A DNA stretch of 63,830 bases, filler included, from Limisphaerales bacterium (GTDB taxonomy: Bacteria; Verrucomicrobiota; Verrucomicrobiia; Limisphaerales; SIBE01), in the NCBI GenBank assembly GCA_044225505.1. It is 8 parts of 8 records of this genome, joined end to end, with 100 filler letters (N's around TTAATTAATTAA, not from the genome) between each part and the next. Parts side by side here need not be neighbours in the genome. Positions count along the whole stretch, not along the records: positions 35,533 to 44,247 come from JBGAIN010000264.1; positions 44,348 to 52,744 come from JBGAIN010000265.1; 6 more parts are not named here. One strand, 5' to 3'. Of the stretch, positions 39,902 through 49,104 are shown piece after piece. Made by a program: the position numbers and the translations under genes. The first letter of the stretch is position 1; each line of letters begins with the position of its first letter. The notes below the pieces were generated by a model. It was given only the letters and a program-made list of their open reading frames with translations, ran no database searches and had not been told where the DNA came from.

Positions 39902-40507
39902 ATGGCTACGCCAAGAGCATTGGAAGAAGTCGGAATCGGGACGGCCAGCCCCCAGGCGACAGTCGAGCGTGGCACTGAAACAATAAAAAGTGTCGTGGCC
40001 AAGGTCGGAGAATCCGGGATCCACGCCCTGCAGGTAAGCCTGAACGAGGTTGATTTTTTGATCAAAGCGGCCCAACTCGCTGCGTCCACTATTGTGCATC
40101 TAGACTCTACGGAAGAGCGACTTCACAAAGCTCGGTTACGTGGTGTCCATCGCATGATCGAACTGCGCAAGGCGGCCGAGCCTGTGTTGGAAAGTGCCGA
40201 GGTTTGCCAACTCTTAGGGGTCAGCCGCGAGACGGTTCGTAAGAAGGTTGACCGTCGCCAAATACTGGCCCTTCCGAAGGGTGGCGATCGAGTCTTTCCA
40301 GCTTTCCAATTTAAGGATGGCGCTGTTTTAAACGGATTTGCCGAGTCCTTGGAAGCGCTGGACACGGAATCGGTTTTTTCGGTTTTGGACTTCTTTCTCA
40401 GTCCGAATAGGGATTTCGAGAATAAAACTGCAATCCAGATGCTCGAGTCGGGTGAAGTCGAGACGGTGCTTTCAGAGGCGCGGACCTATCTGAAGCATGG
40501 CTCTTAA
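39902..40507 (+). CDS. Antitoxin partner of the RES toxin (HTH plus MbcA/ParS-like C-terminus)
   Basis: AEVCQLLGVSRETVRKK, FPAFQF and FFLSPNRDFENKTAIQMLESG; overlaps the RES gene start. Confidence 0.8.
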   Translation: MATPRALEEVGIGTASPQATVERGTETIKSVVAKVGESGIHALQVSLNEVDFLIKAAQLAASTIVHLDSTEERLHKARLRGVHRMIELRKAAEPVLESAEVCQLLGVSRETVRKKVDRRQILALPKGGDRVFPAFQFKDGAVLNGFAESLEALDTESVFSVLDFFLSPNRDFENKTAIQMLESGEVETVLSEARTYLKHGS

Positions 40508-41090
40508 TTCGAGGCTTCCTCCGCCACCTGCAGACCTGGCAACCCGCAAACTGCCCCTGGTCACCATTAGCGGTGACCTGTTCAGGATCCACCGAACGAT
40601 TCATAGCTGGCGGTATTTTGGTCGCAATAAGTCTGAGCGCTTCGACGATCCCCAAGGTGTGTTCGGCGTGCTCTATGGTTCAACGACGGCCGATGCGGCG
40701 TTCGCAGAAGTCTTTTTGCGCAGGTTGAACTCGATGTCCGTGGCCCAGGTGGACCTCCAATCACGAGCCGTTTCAACATTTAAAGCAAGGCCGTTGAGGT
40801 GCGTTGAGCTGACTGGGAGCGGACTCCGGAAGCTTTCCTGCGATAACCGGATCTCCACCGAAAAACCTTATACTACAACGCACCTGTGGTCCCGGGCGTT
40901 GTGTTTGCATCCTCAACAACCCGACGGCCTCGTCTATCGCAGCCGTCATAATCCGCGGTTTAGATGCCTCGCGTTATTTGATCGTTGCGACACCAAACTG
41001 ACGGATGTGCGTTCCGAGCTCTTGATGGATCCGCCTCGTCGCGCTTGGTGTTCTGTGCCGCTCGACCGCTACGATCTCGCGATGACGTGA
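40497..41090 (+). CDS. RES-domain toxin (NAD+ phosphorylase family)
   Basis: LFRIH, RFDDP...VLY, AFAEVFLR, DGLVYRSRHNP and ALFDR. Confidence 0.9.
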   Translation: MALNSRLPPPPADLATRKLPLVTISGDLFRIHRTIHSWRYFGRNKSERFDDPQGVFGVLYGSTTADAAFAEVFLRRLNSMSVAQVDLQSRAVSTFKARPLRCVELTGSGLRKLSCDNRISTEKPYTTTHLWSRALCLHPQQPDGLVYRSRHNPRFRCLALFDRCDTKLTDVRSELLMDPPRRAWCSVPLDRYDLAMT

Positions 41091-42038
41091 TTGCTCGTGA
41101 AGCACACCGAGGTTACCGACGGCGACAAGTCGATTCCGCTGCAATGGGCCTGCTGCGGCCAGGCTCGTCGGACTCGCCATAGCCGCGCCTCGGAAAGGAT
41201 CGCTCATTAACTCTGATCGGACCACAGGGACCTCCTGAGCGCCGACGGAAGGACGTAGCCGATTCTTCGCAACGCCCTGCGCCACTCGAAGCTTCCGGCG
41301 GAATAAATTCCGCGCTCCAATGACTAAGGAATCGGAGATTCAAAAAAGCAGTATGCTGGCAAGACTCTGCCTCGTCACAAATGCCTAGGAAGGCAACAAA
41401 GACCAGCCAGCTCTTCGTTGTCTGATAACTTCTGTCAACAGCCAGGCAGGTCGCTCCCCAGTTATTTCGAACGGCCGAGACCGGTGACTCCACGACACGC
41501 ATCTGCAATTTGAGACGGCAGTATCATCGCGGGCTTAAGGAATCTGGTGGTTCAGCAATCGCTGTTCAATCTTTTCCACAAACTCGGACCACGACTCTGC
41601 GACAAGCGAGGCATCGGCGGCGCCGTCTCCGCCGGACCACTTTTGAAAGGGATCAGAAATCCCGCCCCGACCACCTGCTGCTGGATACCCGGGCTTTCCA
41701 CGCGACAGCCAGGCACGCATCCGCACGCCGTAAAAATCGCCAAGCCGCTCGGCAATCTCCAACGACCGGATGATTCGAACCTCCTTAGGAGCTTTATTAA
41801 GGCGCCGCTACTCGTCGGGCTCGTGACGACGCGGCCTCGGATTCCTTGCCAAGCTTCCATGGATACGCGCTTTGTTCGGGCAAAGACTCAGAAGTCAGCA
41901 CACTGGCGGTTGAAATAAACAGGGCTACTGCTGACGAGGGAGAATTGCCGGTTTAGTACTTTGTGGGGGCTCGTGTCACCAGAGTGAGTTGACCACGCCT
42001 CGGCCAAGGCCGTCGAGCGTTGAGAGTTGTGCTTGCTC

Positions 42039-43058
42039 TCATAAGCCAAGCGAAGCACAAGAAGAGGACCTGCATTCCATCGCAAAGGCACCGGTCGCCT
42101 CGCCCTTATCACTCCGGCTGATAAACGTGCCGCCTTTTGAGTTGGTGAAGACCAGCTCCGTGGTGATTACCCCAGCAACTTCGTCGTTGAGGCAAATGAC
42201 TGCGGTTCTATCGCCGGTGGGCACATACGTGTGAGTTCCACTGCTTGAGCCCCACTCTGGAGGTGGAAACCAGATCCCATAATGGTCCGAAATCGCCGTG
42301 AACGTGTAGTCTTTAGAGGAACCAAACGGACTGATGCCTTCGCGGATTGAAAAAGAGATCTGGATTCCAAGGATCGATTCTGGGGGGAAGGCTAGCTTTA
42401 GGCGGAAAAACTCCGTCGCCAGCTCGTGAGAAATCGGATGGATTTCAGGGTTCGCCCAATTCGTGACGAAATTCCAGGGCGCTCCCAGTCTATCTGTCAT
42501 CTGCAGAGAACCTTTTGACCACCAGACCAAGACCCCGTCGCCCATACGTCTAAAGCCAAGAAAAGGCGGGTCTCCCTGGCAGTCTTTACAGGCGAGGAAA
42601 TGAAAGGGAATGACAGTGCTTAAGGGTGCCACCGGGATCGGCGTCCCCGCGCCGCCCAAGGTGACACCGAAGAATATTTCAGGTCCCAGCTCAACCTGTT
42701 CACTCCACAGCGCGTTACCGAAGACCGTTGCTAAAACAATAGCTCGCGCTCCCACCTTCAAAAATGGGATGGTCACTACTGTGGGATTGACGTACCCCCA
42801 TAGAGACAGCGCATTTGTCTGAAAGTCCGCGGTGATATCGAGCTTCTGGAGAAGTGAAAATGACGTCCCTTCCGGCCCCGCCCGAAACTCCACGTGGGCG
42901 TTCGGTCCGTAAATGCTGAATCCTGGTGGTTCAATGCCCCAGCGGAAGCGGGCATCCATGGTGTCGTGGAATGCATAGTTATCAAACAAGAACTGGCCTT
43001 GCCCGACAACTGTCACCGATGCCAAAACCGTCGCCAAACTTAAGAAAACACCTTTCAT
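42039..43058 (-). CDS. Secreted hypothetical protein
   Basis: Signal peptide MKGVFLSLATVLASVTVVGQG; internal LVWWSKGSLQ...GAPW module similar to the C-terminus of the 49105 protein. Confidence 0.7.
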   Translation of the reverse strand: MKGVFLSLATVLASVTVVGQGQFLFDNYAFHDTMDARFRWGIEPPGFSIYGPNAHVEFRAGPEGTSFSLLQKLDITADFQTNALSLWGYVNPTVVTIPFLKVGARAIVLATVFGNALWSEQVELGPEIFFGVTLGGAGTPIPVAPLSTVIPFHFLACKDCQGDPPFLGFRRMGDGVLVWWSKGSLQMTDRLGAPWNFVTNWANPEIHPISHELATEFFRLKLAFPPESILGIQISFSIREGISPFGSSKDYTFTAISDHYGIWFPPPEWGSSSGTHTYVPTGDRTAVICLNDEVAGVITTELVFTNSKGGTFISRSDKGEATGAFAMECRSSSCASLGL

Positions 43059-43551
43059 AACGCCGCCGAACGTTGACATCAGCGAAGGGAAGTCGCCGCC
43101 GACAGTGTCTGATTTGTTTGTTCCATACGACGGCTTGCTTTCGATCGCGGCACGGATTTGTTAGCGAAGCGTTTATCTGGTTTCTCGCCAAGACCCGCTT
43201 GCCACTCTGCCTTTAGAATGGCCGAATCATACAGCGCCCACCATGAATAGACAAGTTTGAGTCCTGTGTCGCCGAAGCAAGTGATTGCGGCCGGAGAGGA
43301 TGTGAATTTCGATATCGTTAAAAGAGACCGTTGCGTTCGATTTTCACGGCTCGAAATCGCTTCTAACCACTTGCGTAGTCTGGTCCCCAGCCGAGTGGGG
43401 AGGCCTGGGGGCCAACATTTCACACTTCTCGTGAATTAGACTGGGCGGATCGCCATCGTGGAATACGCGGTTCGGTATCCGGCAATCCTCCACTGACGTT
43501 CCCATTTTGAGCCCTCCACCTGAATGGGCTTCTATCATCGCTGGATCCTTT

Positions 43552-44247
43552 CTATGAAGCCGCCGAGCGCCCCACCAGCATCTTCACATGCCGATGTAGC
43601 GCTTCAACCCTTTCCGCGATAACGTCATGCGCGGCTTTTTGACTCAGGAGGAGAAGCAACTCACTGAAGGCGTCGGAGAGCAAGCGGCGTTGCGCGGCAC
43701 GCGTGGACTTCTTCGATGAGGTTTTTTCGGGTTTTGGAGCTGCTAGATCTAGCGCTCGCAACGCGCTCTTGACCATCCGGGCCGTGATGCGCCGGCCTCC
43801 GGCCATCTGGACCGCGCATTCCCAGGCGAGCTGGGCCTGGTCGGGCTTGAGGCCAACCAAGGGACGGACCTGGGATTCGTGATCGGGTGGTAACTGTCCG
43901 CAATTTGCGGACAGTTGCTTAAACAGCTGCGCTGCAGCAATTAGCTGATACGCGTAGGTTTTCGCATACTCCCACCGAGCCCTGCAATAGGCATCAAAGG
44001 AGTCGAAATGGACGCGGTAGAGCTCGGCGTCGCGGATGCGGCCAAGGGCCAGGCCCACCTCGACGTAAGTGCGCCAGCCGCTGGCCACTACGGCTTCGCA
44101 GGTGTCGAACTCGGCTTGTTCGGCATCGGAAAGCCGATCGACTTGGCCGAGCACACCGACCGTGGTCACGGCGGAGTCGTCTGACGGTGGAACCGGTGGC
44201 GTCGGAGGCGCGGTAAGAGGTGTTGGGGTGTCAGGTGACAAGGTGTC
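43552..44247 (-). CDS. Mobile-element-associated putative DNA-binding protein, 5' truncated
   Basis: EVGLALGRIRDAELYR..FDSFDAYCRARW..AKTYAYQLIAAA, ESQVRPLVGL and AWECAV...ITARMV; a KorB/ParB-HTH-like helical pattern. Confidence 0.8.
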   Translation of the reverse strand, partial: DTLSPDTPTPLTAPPTPPVPPSDDSAVTTVGVLGQVDRLSDAEQAEFDTCEAVVASGWRTYVEVGLALGRIRDAELYRVHFDSFDAYCRARWEYAKTYAYQLIAAAQLFKQLSANCGQLPPDHESQVRPLVGLKPDQAQLAWECAVQMAGGRRITARMVKSALRALDLAAPKPEKTSSKKSTRAAQRRLLSDAFSELLLLLSQKAAHDVIAERVEALHRHVKMLVGRSAAS

Positions 44248-44347
44248 NNNNNNNNNNNNNNNNNNNNNNNNNNNNNNNNNNNNNNNNNNNNTTAATTAAT
44301 TAANNNNNNNNNNNNNNNNNNNNNNNNNNNNNNNNNNNNNNNNNNNN
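44248..44347. other. Artificial contig spacer
   Basis: N44-TTAATTAATTAA-N44. Confidence 0.99.
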
Positions 44348-44662
44348 GTCAAAGCCTATGAGCGCTGGCTCAGGCAAATCCCAGATACTTACCATCGCTG
44401 CGTGCTTAACGAGTCTGAGGGCACCTGGAGTTTAGCGTCTGACCCAAGTTGCCTCGGCCTTGTTAAGCACTACCGCAGCCTCGTCCCTCTCGCTATGGAG
44501 TCACGCAAACCCATTTTCCACCTCAAGGCAGCTGATGGCGCCATCGGCGCCCATTACGAAGCCGTCCAGCACTGCGCCGATGCATTCAGCGACCTCGCCA
44601 CCAAGATCTCCAAACGCCTTGAGCTCCCGCCGATCGCGACTCAACTGGCCCTCGCTTCCTGA
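44348..44662 (+). CDS. C-terminus of a ParA-family ATPase, 5' truncated
   Basis: CLGLVKHYRSLVPLAMESRKPIFHLKAADGAIGAH. Confidence 0.75.
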   Translation, partial: VKAYERWLRQIPDTYHRCVLNESEGTWSLASDPSCLGLVKHYRSLVPLAMESRKPIFHLKAADGAIGAHYEAVQHCADAFSDLATKISKRLELPPIATQLALAS

Positions 44663-44670
44663 CCACCATC

Positions 44671-44845
44671 GTAGGGGTCAATCCCGAAGATCCGCATATT
44701 TGTGCGAAAGCTGCCCACGCTTGCTGAAGCCAGGCCCCGACACACGCCGCGGCGTAGCCCGCAACGCCCATCACCCGCGCTCTGGCGATTCATTGCCAAT
44801 TCATCTTGGTTGCCATCCGGATTCGGCGCGCCACTGGCTCTTGCC
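44671..44845 (-). pseudogene. 3' remnant of a RAYT-like transposase with a GACCCC end
   Basis: Minus strand reads PVARRIRMATKMNWQ*IARARVMGVAGYAAACV (decayed RLRxETTxxxxWIAxxLxMG tail) and ends ...GGGATTGACCCCTAC. Confidence 0.5.
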
Positions 44846-45062
44846 AGGATCGGCCGGCTCCGTCCAGCAACACACCTGCACCGGTCAACCGTCTTCTCGC
44901 AAGCTCGGTCGAGTCTCTGGAGAAACTCCTGCCGGTCGCGATGATCCGATTACACTCCTACTTCCCGTTCTCCTCGACTCATCACGAGGCAAATCGTTCC
45001 CGGACAGTGCTCCCGCCGCATTTTGTCCAGTTCCAAAACCTGCCGCTGGCTTGCTCCACATA

Positions 45063-45308
45063 TCAAGAGACACTATTGCATTCTGCGGGTCTGATCCCTT
45101 TGACGTGTCCCGCTCGTTTGCGCCGGGCACGGGTCCACTTGGAGATCGTGATGCCGTATGCCGCTAGAATCTTTGCATCAACTCGGGCCGCCGACTTCTC
45201 TGAAGGAATTACTCCGGCGACGTAGAAATAGTAACCGTTGCTGATGTAGCCGACGGCGAGTTGTTGAATGAATCCGGCCTGTGAAGCGGCCACGCAGCGA
45301 TAGGCCAG
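45063..45308 (-). pseudogene. Truncated N-terminus of a conserved PVC-type hypothetical protein
   Basis: YRCVAASQAGFIQQLAVGYISNGYYFYVAGVIP...YGITISKWTRARRKRAG, after which the similarity stops. Confidence 0.5.
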
Positions 45309-45446
45309 AATCGAACCTCCAAACTGCGTTATGGGGTATAAAGAAACGCGTGTAGCATTGAATCTGCGATTCTCGGCATTCCCTCGCGACGCCGTGAACG
45401 GATTCGACCGGTCAGCATTTGGATGATCTGATTAGCGTGTGTCGCG

Positions 45447-46669
45447 ATGAATCGATTGATTCCCATCATTCTCTTCGTTAGTTTCGTTATGGGCTGCCGA
45501 GCATTCTCGGAAAAGGCGGTTCGCTCCAACACGCCAGTTCACCACGAACAACTCGAAGCTCGAATCCAATGGATCGCGAATCGCTACGTCCAAAAGTATC
45601 CTTCGGTGCCTGGAGTTCTGATCTATTTTGAATCGCCTTCGTTGGGGAACGCTCTATGGGCCTCCGGTTACCGCGATCCTAGAAAGGGGTCCCGGTTACT
45701 GCCCACAGATCAGTTTCGATGCGCGAGCATCAGCAAGATGTTCATTGCTGCAAGTGTCTTACTTTTGTCGGAAAACGGCCTGCTGAATGTTAACGACCGA
45801 ATATCGAGATACCTGCCAAGTGAACTGATGAGTGGCATTTCGAGATTTGAAGGAATCGATCGCGGCAATGAAATCACGATCCGGCAGTGTCTCGAACATA
45901 CCAGTGGCCTCTGGGATTGCTTTTCCGATGGCAAGCACGATTCGCAGGGACTCTCCCCTTTGGATGCGGAGTTGGAACGTAACCCCGACAAGTTCTGGAC
46001 AAGCCCGGAGGTCATCGCTTGGTGCAAGACGCGCTTGAAAGCCGTTGCCCCACCGGGTGTGCTCTTCCACTACTCCGATACTGGCTTCCAACTGCTTGGC
46101 CTGATTGTCGAGAAGCTCACCGGAAAACCGCTCGCCGAAGCAGTCCGTGAACTCGTGTTCAATCGGCTCGAAATGAAAGATACTTACGCCGAATTCAGAG
46201 AGGAGCCACACAGATCCAAAGGAGTTGAACTCTCTCATTCCTTCGACGGAAAGACAGACAGAACTGGTTTCGTATCAGAGTCCGCCGATTGGGGAGGAGG
46301 CGGCTGGATCACCACTGCCCCGGACCTTGCTCGCTTTCTTCGTGCGTTAAGCGGAAACAAGCTTTTTCGACATTCGGCCACGGTGCGCCTGATGCAAGAG
46401 TGGTCACCTGAGTCAAAAGGCGACTATGGTCTTGGGCTGCACCGATATGTTACGGACGCTGACGACGTAATAATTGGACACGGCGGTGGCTATAGTTCAT
46501 CGCAGTCATCTGGCCGGAGGCAGACGCGGTCATTGTTGCCACCATGAATCAGAATGTTCCCACGCCGGACGTGAAGCACAGGGTTTTCATGAGAGAATTT
46601 CTCGGACTGATTTGCGAAACAGCCAAGACGGCCACGAATGAAGCCGGCACGAGGTATTTGGAAAGATGA
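45447..46669 (+). CDS. Serine hydrolase (beta-lactamase/AmpC-like family) with a frameshift near 46495
   Basis: ASISK (SxxK), HTSGL, YSDTG and HGG. The natural tail IWPEADAVIVATMNQ is in another frame and stops at 46669. Confidence 0.88.
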
Positions 46670-46952
46670 GCGGTTGCTTTGGTGTTGCGCGGCCCTCTCG
46701 AAAGCCCAAATCCTTGATGCGATTGCAGAACCCCTGTGACCGTTCAGGCCGCCAGCCGAAATCAACGGTGCAGTCGCGCAGGGGGGGCGAAACGGCGCAA
46801 TAAATCGCCGTGATTCGTTCCGTCTCTGAAAACCCAACTACTTGGCTATCGCTCGGTAAAAACGATGAGGGAAACTGGCGGCGCTGATGTCTTGGAAATT
46901 CGCAGTCCCAGACAGATTGGTGACTGCTCCGATCTCCTGCCATGTTCCTCGT

Positions 46953-47091
46953 AGGGGTCAGCCATTAGGGCCCTGGTCAACAAGAAAAAACGTTATCTGT
47001 CCGATTTTTTCAAAACGGTTTTTACCGCAGCTTTTCGGACGATCTTTGCCAGCAGACACGAACCTGCGTTCTCATTGCATGAATCGGATGT
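46953..47091 (+). repeat. About 140-bp dispersed repeat, copy 2
   Basis: Near-identical to 39469-39608. Confidence 0.9.
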
Positions 47092-47180
47092 TCTCGAGCC
47101 GGAGCTCGAGGAGGCGGTCCGTTCAGTCAGCCATCTGGATCTAGCGCGGGTCGGGGTGATGACCAGGAGGTTGCACAGGT

Positions 47181-47525
47181 AAAATGCAATGGGGTCGTAT
47201 CTAAATGATTGACAGTGGCCACTGGCGATCTCCGACGTCACGCCACTGCTCGGGTTTTTCGCGCGCCCTGCCAAACCGGCAACTCGGCCACCGCGCCCAG
47301 AAACCGCTTCCTATCCGCGTCGTCCAAAAACAACGCTTCTCCCCGATGTCCCCGATTCATCACGTGATACCACGCACCTGCCACGTCCACGCGCAATGCT
47401 CTTGGCCATTCCTCCGGCATCTAAGCACCACACGCTTCTGTCGACTCTTTAGATACGACCCCATTGCCGTTTTGTGCCACACGCTTCTGTCGACTCTTTA
47501 GATACGACCCCATTGCCGTTTTGTG
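47181..47525 (-). mobile_element. RAYT-derived miniature element, copy 1, with a 49-bp tandem duplication of one end
   Basis: 20-bp inverted repeat GCAATGGGGTCGTATCTAAA / TTTAGATACGACCCCATTGC; internal RALRVDVAGAWYHVMNRGH; 47428-47476 repeated at 47477-47525. Confidence 0.85.
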
Positions 47526-47762
47526 AAAAATCCGACGCGACTCGAACAAGTCGTCGAGTGGATTAAAGCCAGGATCGTCGATCCGAATTACGTGGTTCAG
47601 TCGAAAGACGCGCTCCAGGAATGGCTCATCCTCATCAATCGGCGTGGACTCGCCGATGTTCTCGAGGTTCTGAGTGATGCGGGCGAGGAGGCACGCCGGT
47701 TGCGTCACAGCTCACCCTTTGGGGTTATCATGCCGCAGAAGGAGCGAGCTGAAATTCTCTAG
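47523..47762 (+). pseudogene. Probable antitoxin fragment (RxSSPF family); 5' end abuts the miniature element
   Basis: ALQEWLILI...ARRLRHSSPFGVIMPQKERAEIL. Confidence 0.55.
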
Positions 47763-47766
47763 CGTT

Positions 47767-47900
47767 ATGAAGCGCGCCGACCTCGAACACATCCTGCGAG
47801 CGTCTAAGGCTTTGACAGGCGAGACCGAGTTCATCGTCATCGGAAGCCAGTCTATTTTGGGGCGATTCCCTGACGCGCCGCGTGAGTTGCGGCGATCGCC
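47767..47900 (+). pseudogene. Truncated DUF6036-like nucleotidyltransferase
   Basis: MKRADLEHILRASKALTGETEFIVIGSQSILGRFPDAP, after which the similarity is lost. Confidence 0.65.
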
Positions 47901-48209
47901 TCGGAGATTCCGATCTACGGGCATGACTTACCGAAGCGCTCGCTCTCTGCCAACAACCCTGAATTGTTTCTGCGTCTCGCGTTGCGGGGGCGGCCATTCG
48001 GGCCAGACCTGAGAGAATGTTGTGCGGCAGAAAGTCTGATTGATTTGGGAGCCTTCCCCGGGGTCTTCCAGCACCAAAGAGTATCAAGGGAAACGGCTGA
48101 TTGACCGGCAGTGACGCGACGGATTGGCTTGCTTTAGCCGCTCAGAGCAGGTAGGCGTAGATCGAATAGCAATTGTCGAGCAGGAGGATGTGCGTATCTC
48201 CGGTTGACG

Positions 48210-49085
48210 ATGAGCGAAAGAGCGCAGCCGAAATCCAACCTCGTGAGCTCAAGGAACTCTCCCAGGCAAGCGTTTACGCGCATCGATCTGATCGCGACGG
48301 TCGTCGTGTTCAGCGTTATGTTTCTCCTGCTCTGGCAGGCGCAAGGCGCGACTTTCTCGGCAAGCTGGCGGGTGGTTTGCCTAAGCAATGTGCGCCAAAT
48401 CATGAGAGCGGCGAACTTCTATGCTGCCGATCACAGCGACTTCATGCCGCACCCGACCTGGGGCGGTAATCTCACTGGGCCCGACGGTTGGGCGTATGCG
48501 ACTCAGAACAAAGGCCGGATTCCGGGCGGACCAGAGACTCCTCCGAGCTGCGCCAATAAAAACATGAATTCTGCGGAGTATACCAACCAAGTGCAGTTCT
48601 TCAAGATCGGCCAACTTGGTCCGTATCTCCGGGATATTCAGCCAATGACCTGCCCGCAAGATAGGGCCGAAGCGCTCGGGCCAAAGCGGAGGTGGTTTCT
48701 AGGTCGCCCGGTAAAGGTGACGAGTTACATCATGAACGCTGTCATCGGCGGATATGTTGGGCCACACGTGCCTAATTTTTCTCGGGATGGCCTGACTTTT
48801 CGGCTTTCTCGGTTTCGGCCGAACTCGATTGCGCTGTGGGAAGGACACGATTTAGATCCGTTTTTCTTCAGTGACGCAGGCGGTGATCCGCAACAGATGA
48901 ATGAGGGAATCACCGTTCGCCATGGAAACACGAGTTTGCCGACCGCTGTTGTTCCCAAACGAGGAGGTGGACACGTCGGGCGGTTCGACGGGGGTGCAGA
49001 GTTCATGAGTAGAAGCGCTTTCCTGGATTTGGGGTCAAGACAGGTGCCGGCACCCAACCGGCTCTTGTGCGAGCCTTGTTTTTAA
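48210..49085 (+). CDS. Prepilin-type N-terminal cleavage/methylation protein with H-X9-DG-like C-terminus
   Basis: AFTRIDLIATVVV, CLSNVRQI, CPQD, TSYIMN and RHG...GGHVGRFDGGAE. Confidence 0.85.
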   Translation: MSERAQPKSNLVSSRNSPRQAFTRIDLIATVVVFSVMFLLLWQAQGATFSASWRVVCLSNVRQIMRAANFYAADHSDFMPHPTWGGNLTGPDGWAYATQNKGRIPGGPETPPSCANKNMNSAEYTNQVQFFKIGQLGPYLRDIQPMTCPQDRAEALGPKRRWFLGRPVKVTSYIMNAVIGGYVGPHVPNFSRDGLTFRLSRFRPNSIALWEGHDLDPFFFSDAGGDPQQMNEGITVRHGNTSLPTAVVPKRGGGHVGRFDGGAEFMSRSAFLDLGSRQVPAPNRLLCEPCF

Positions 49086-49104
49086 ATCTCAGCTTCCGGT
49101 CACC

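Noticed and set aside
41535..41860. Possible gene remnant on the minus strand (EIAERLGDFYG...GYPAAGGRGG)
   Set aside because: Looks protein-like but is interrupted by a stop and I cannot assign a family.
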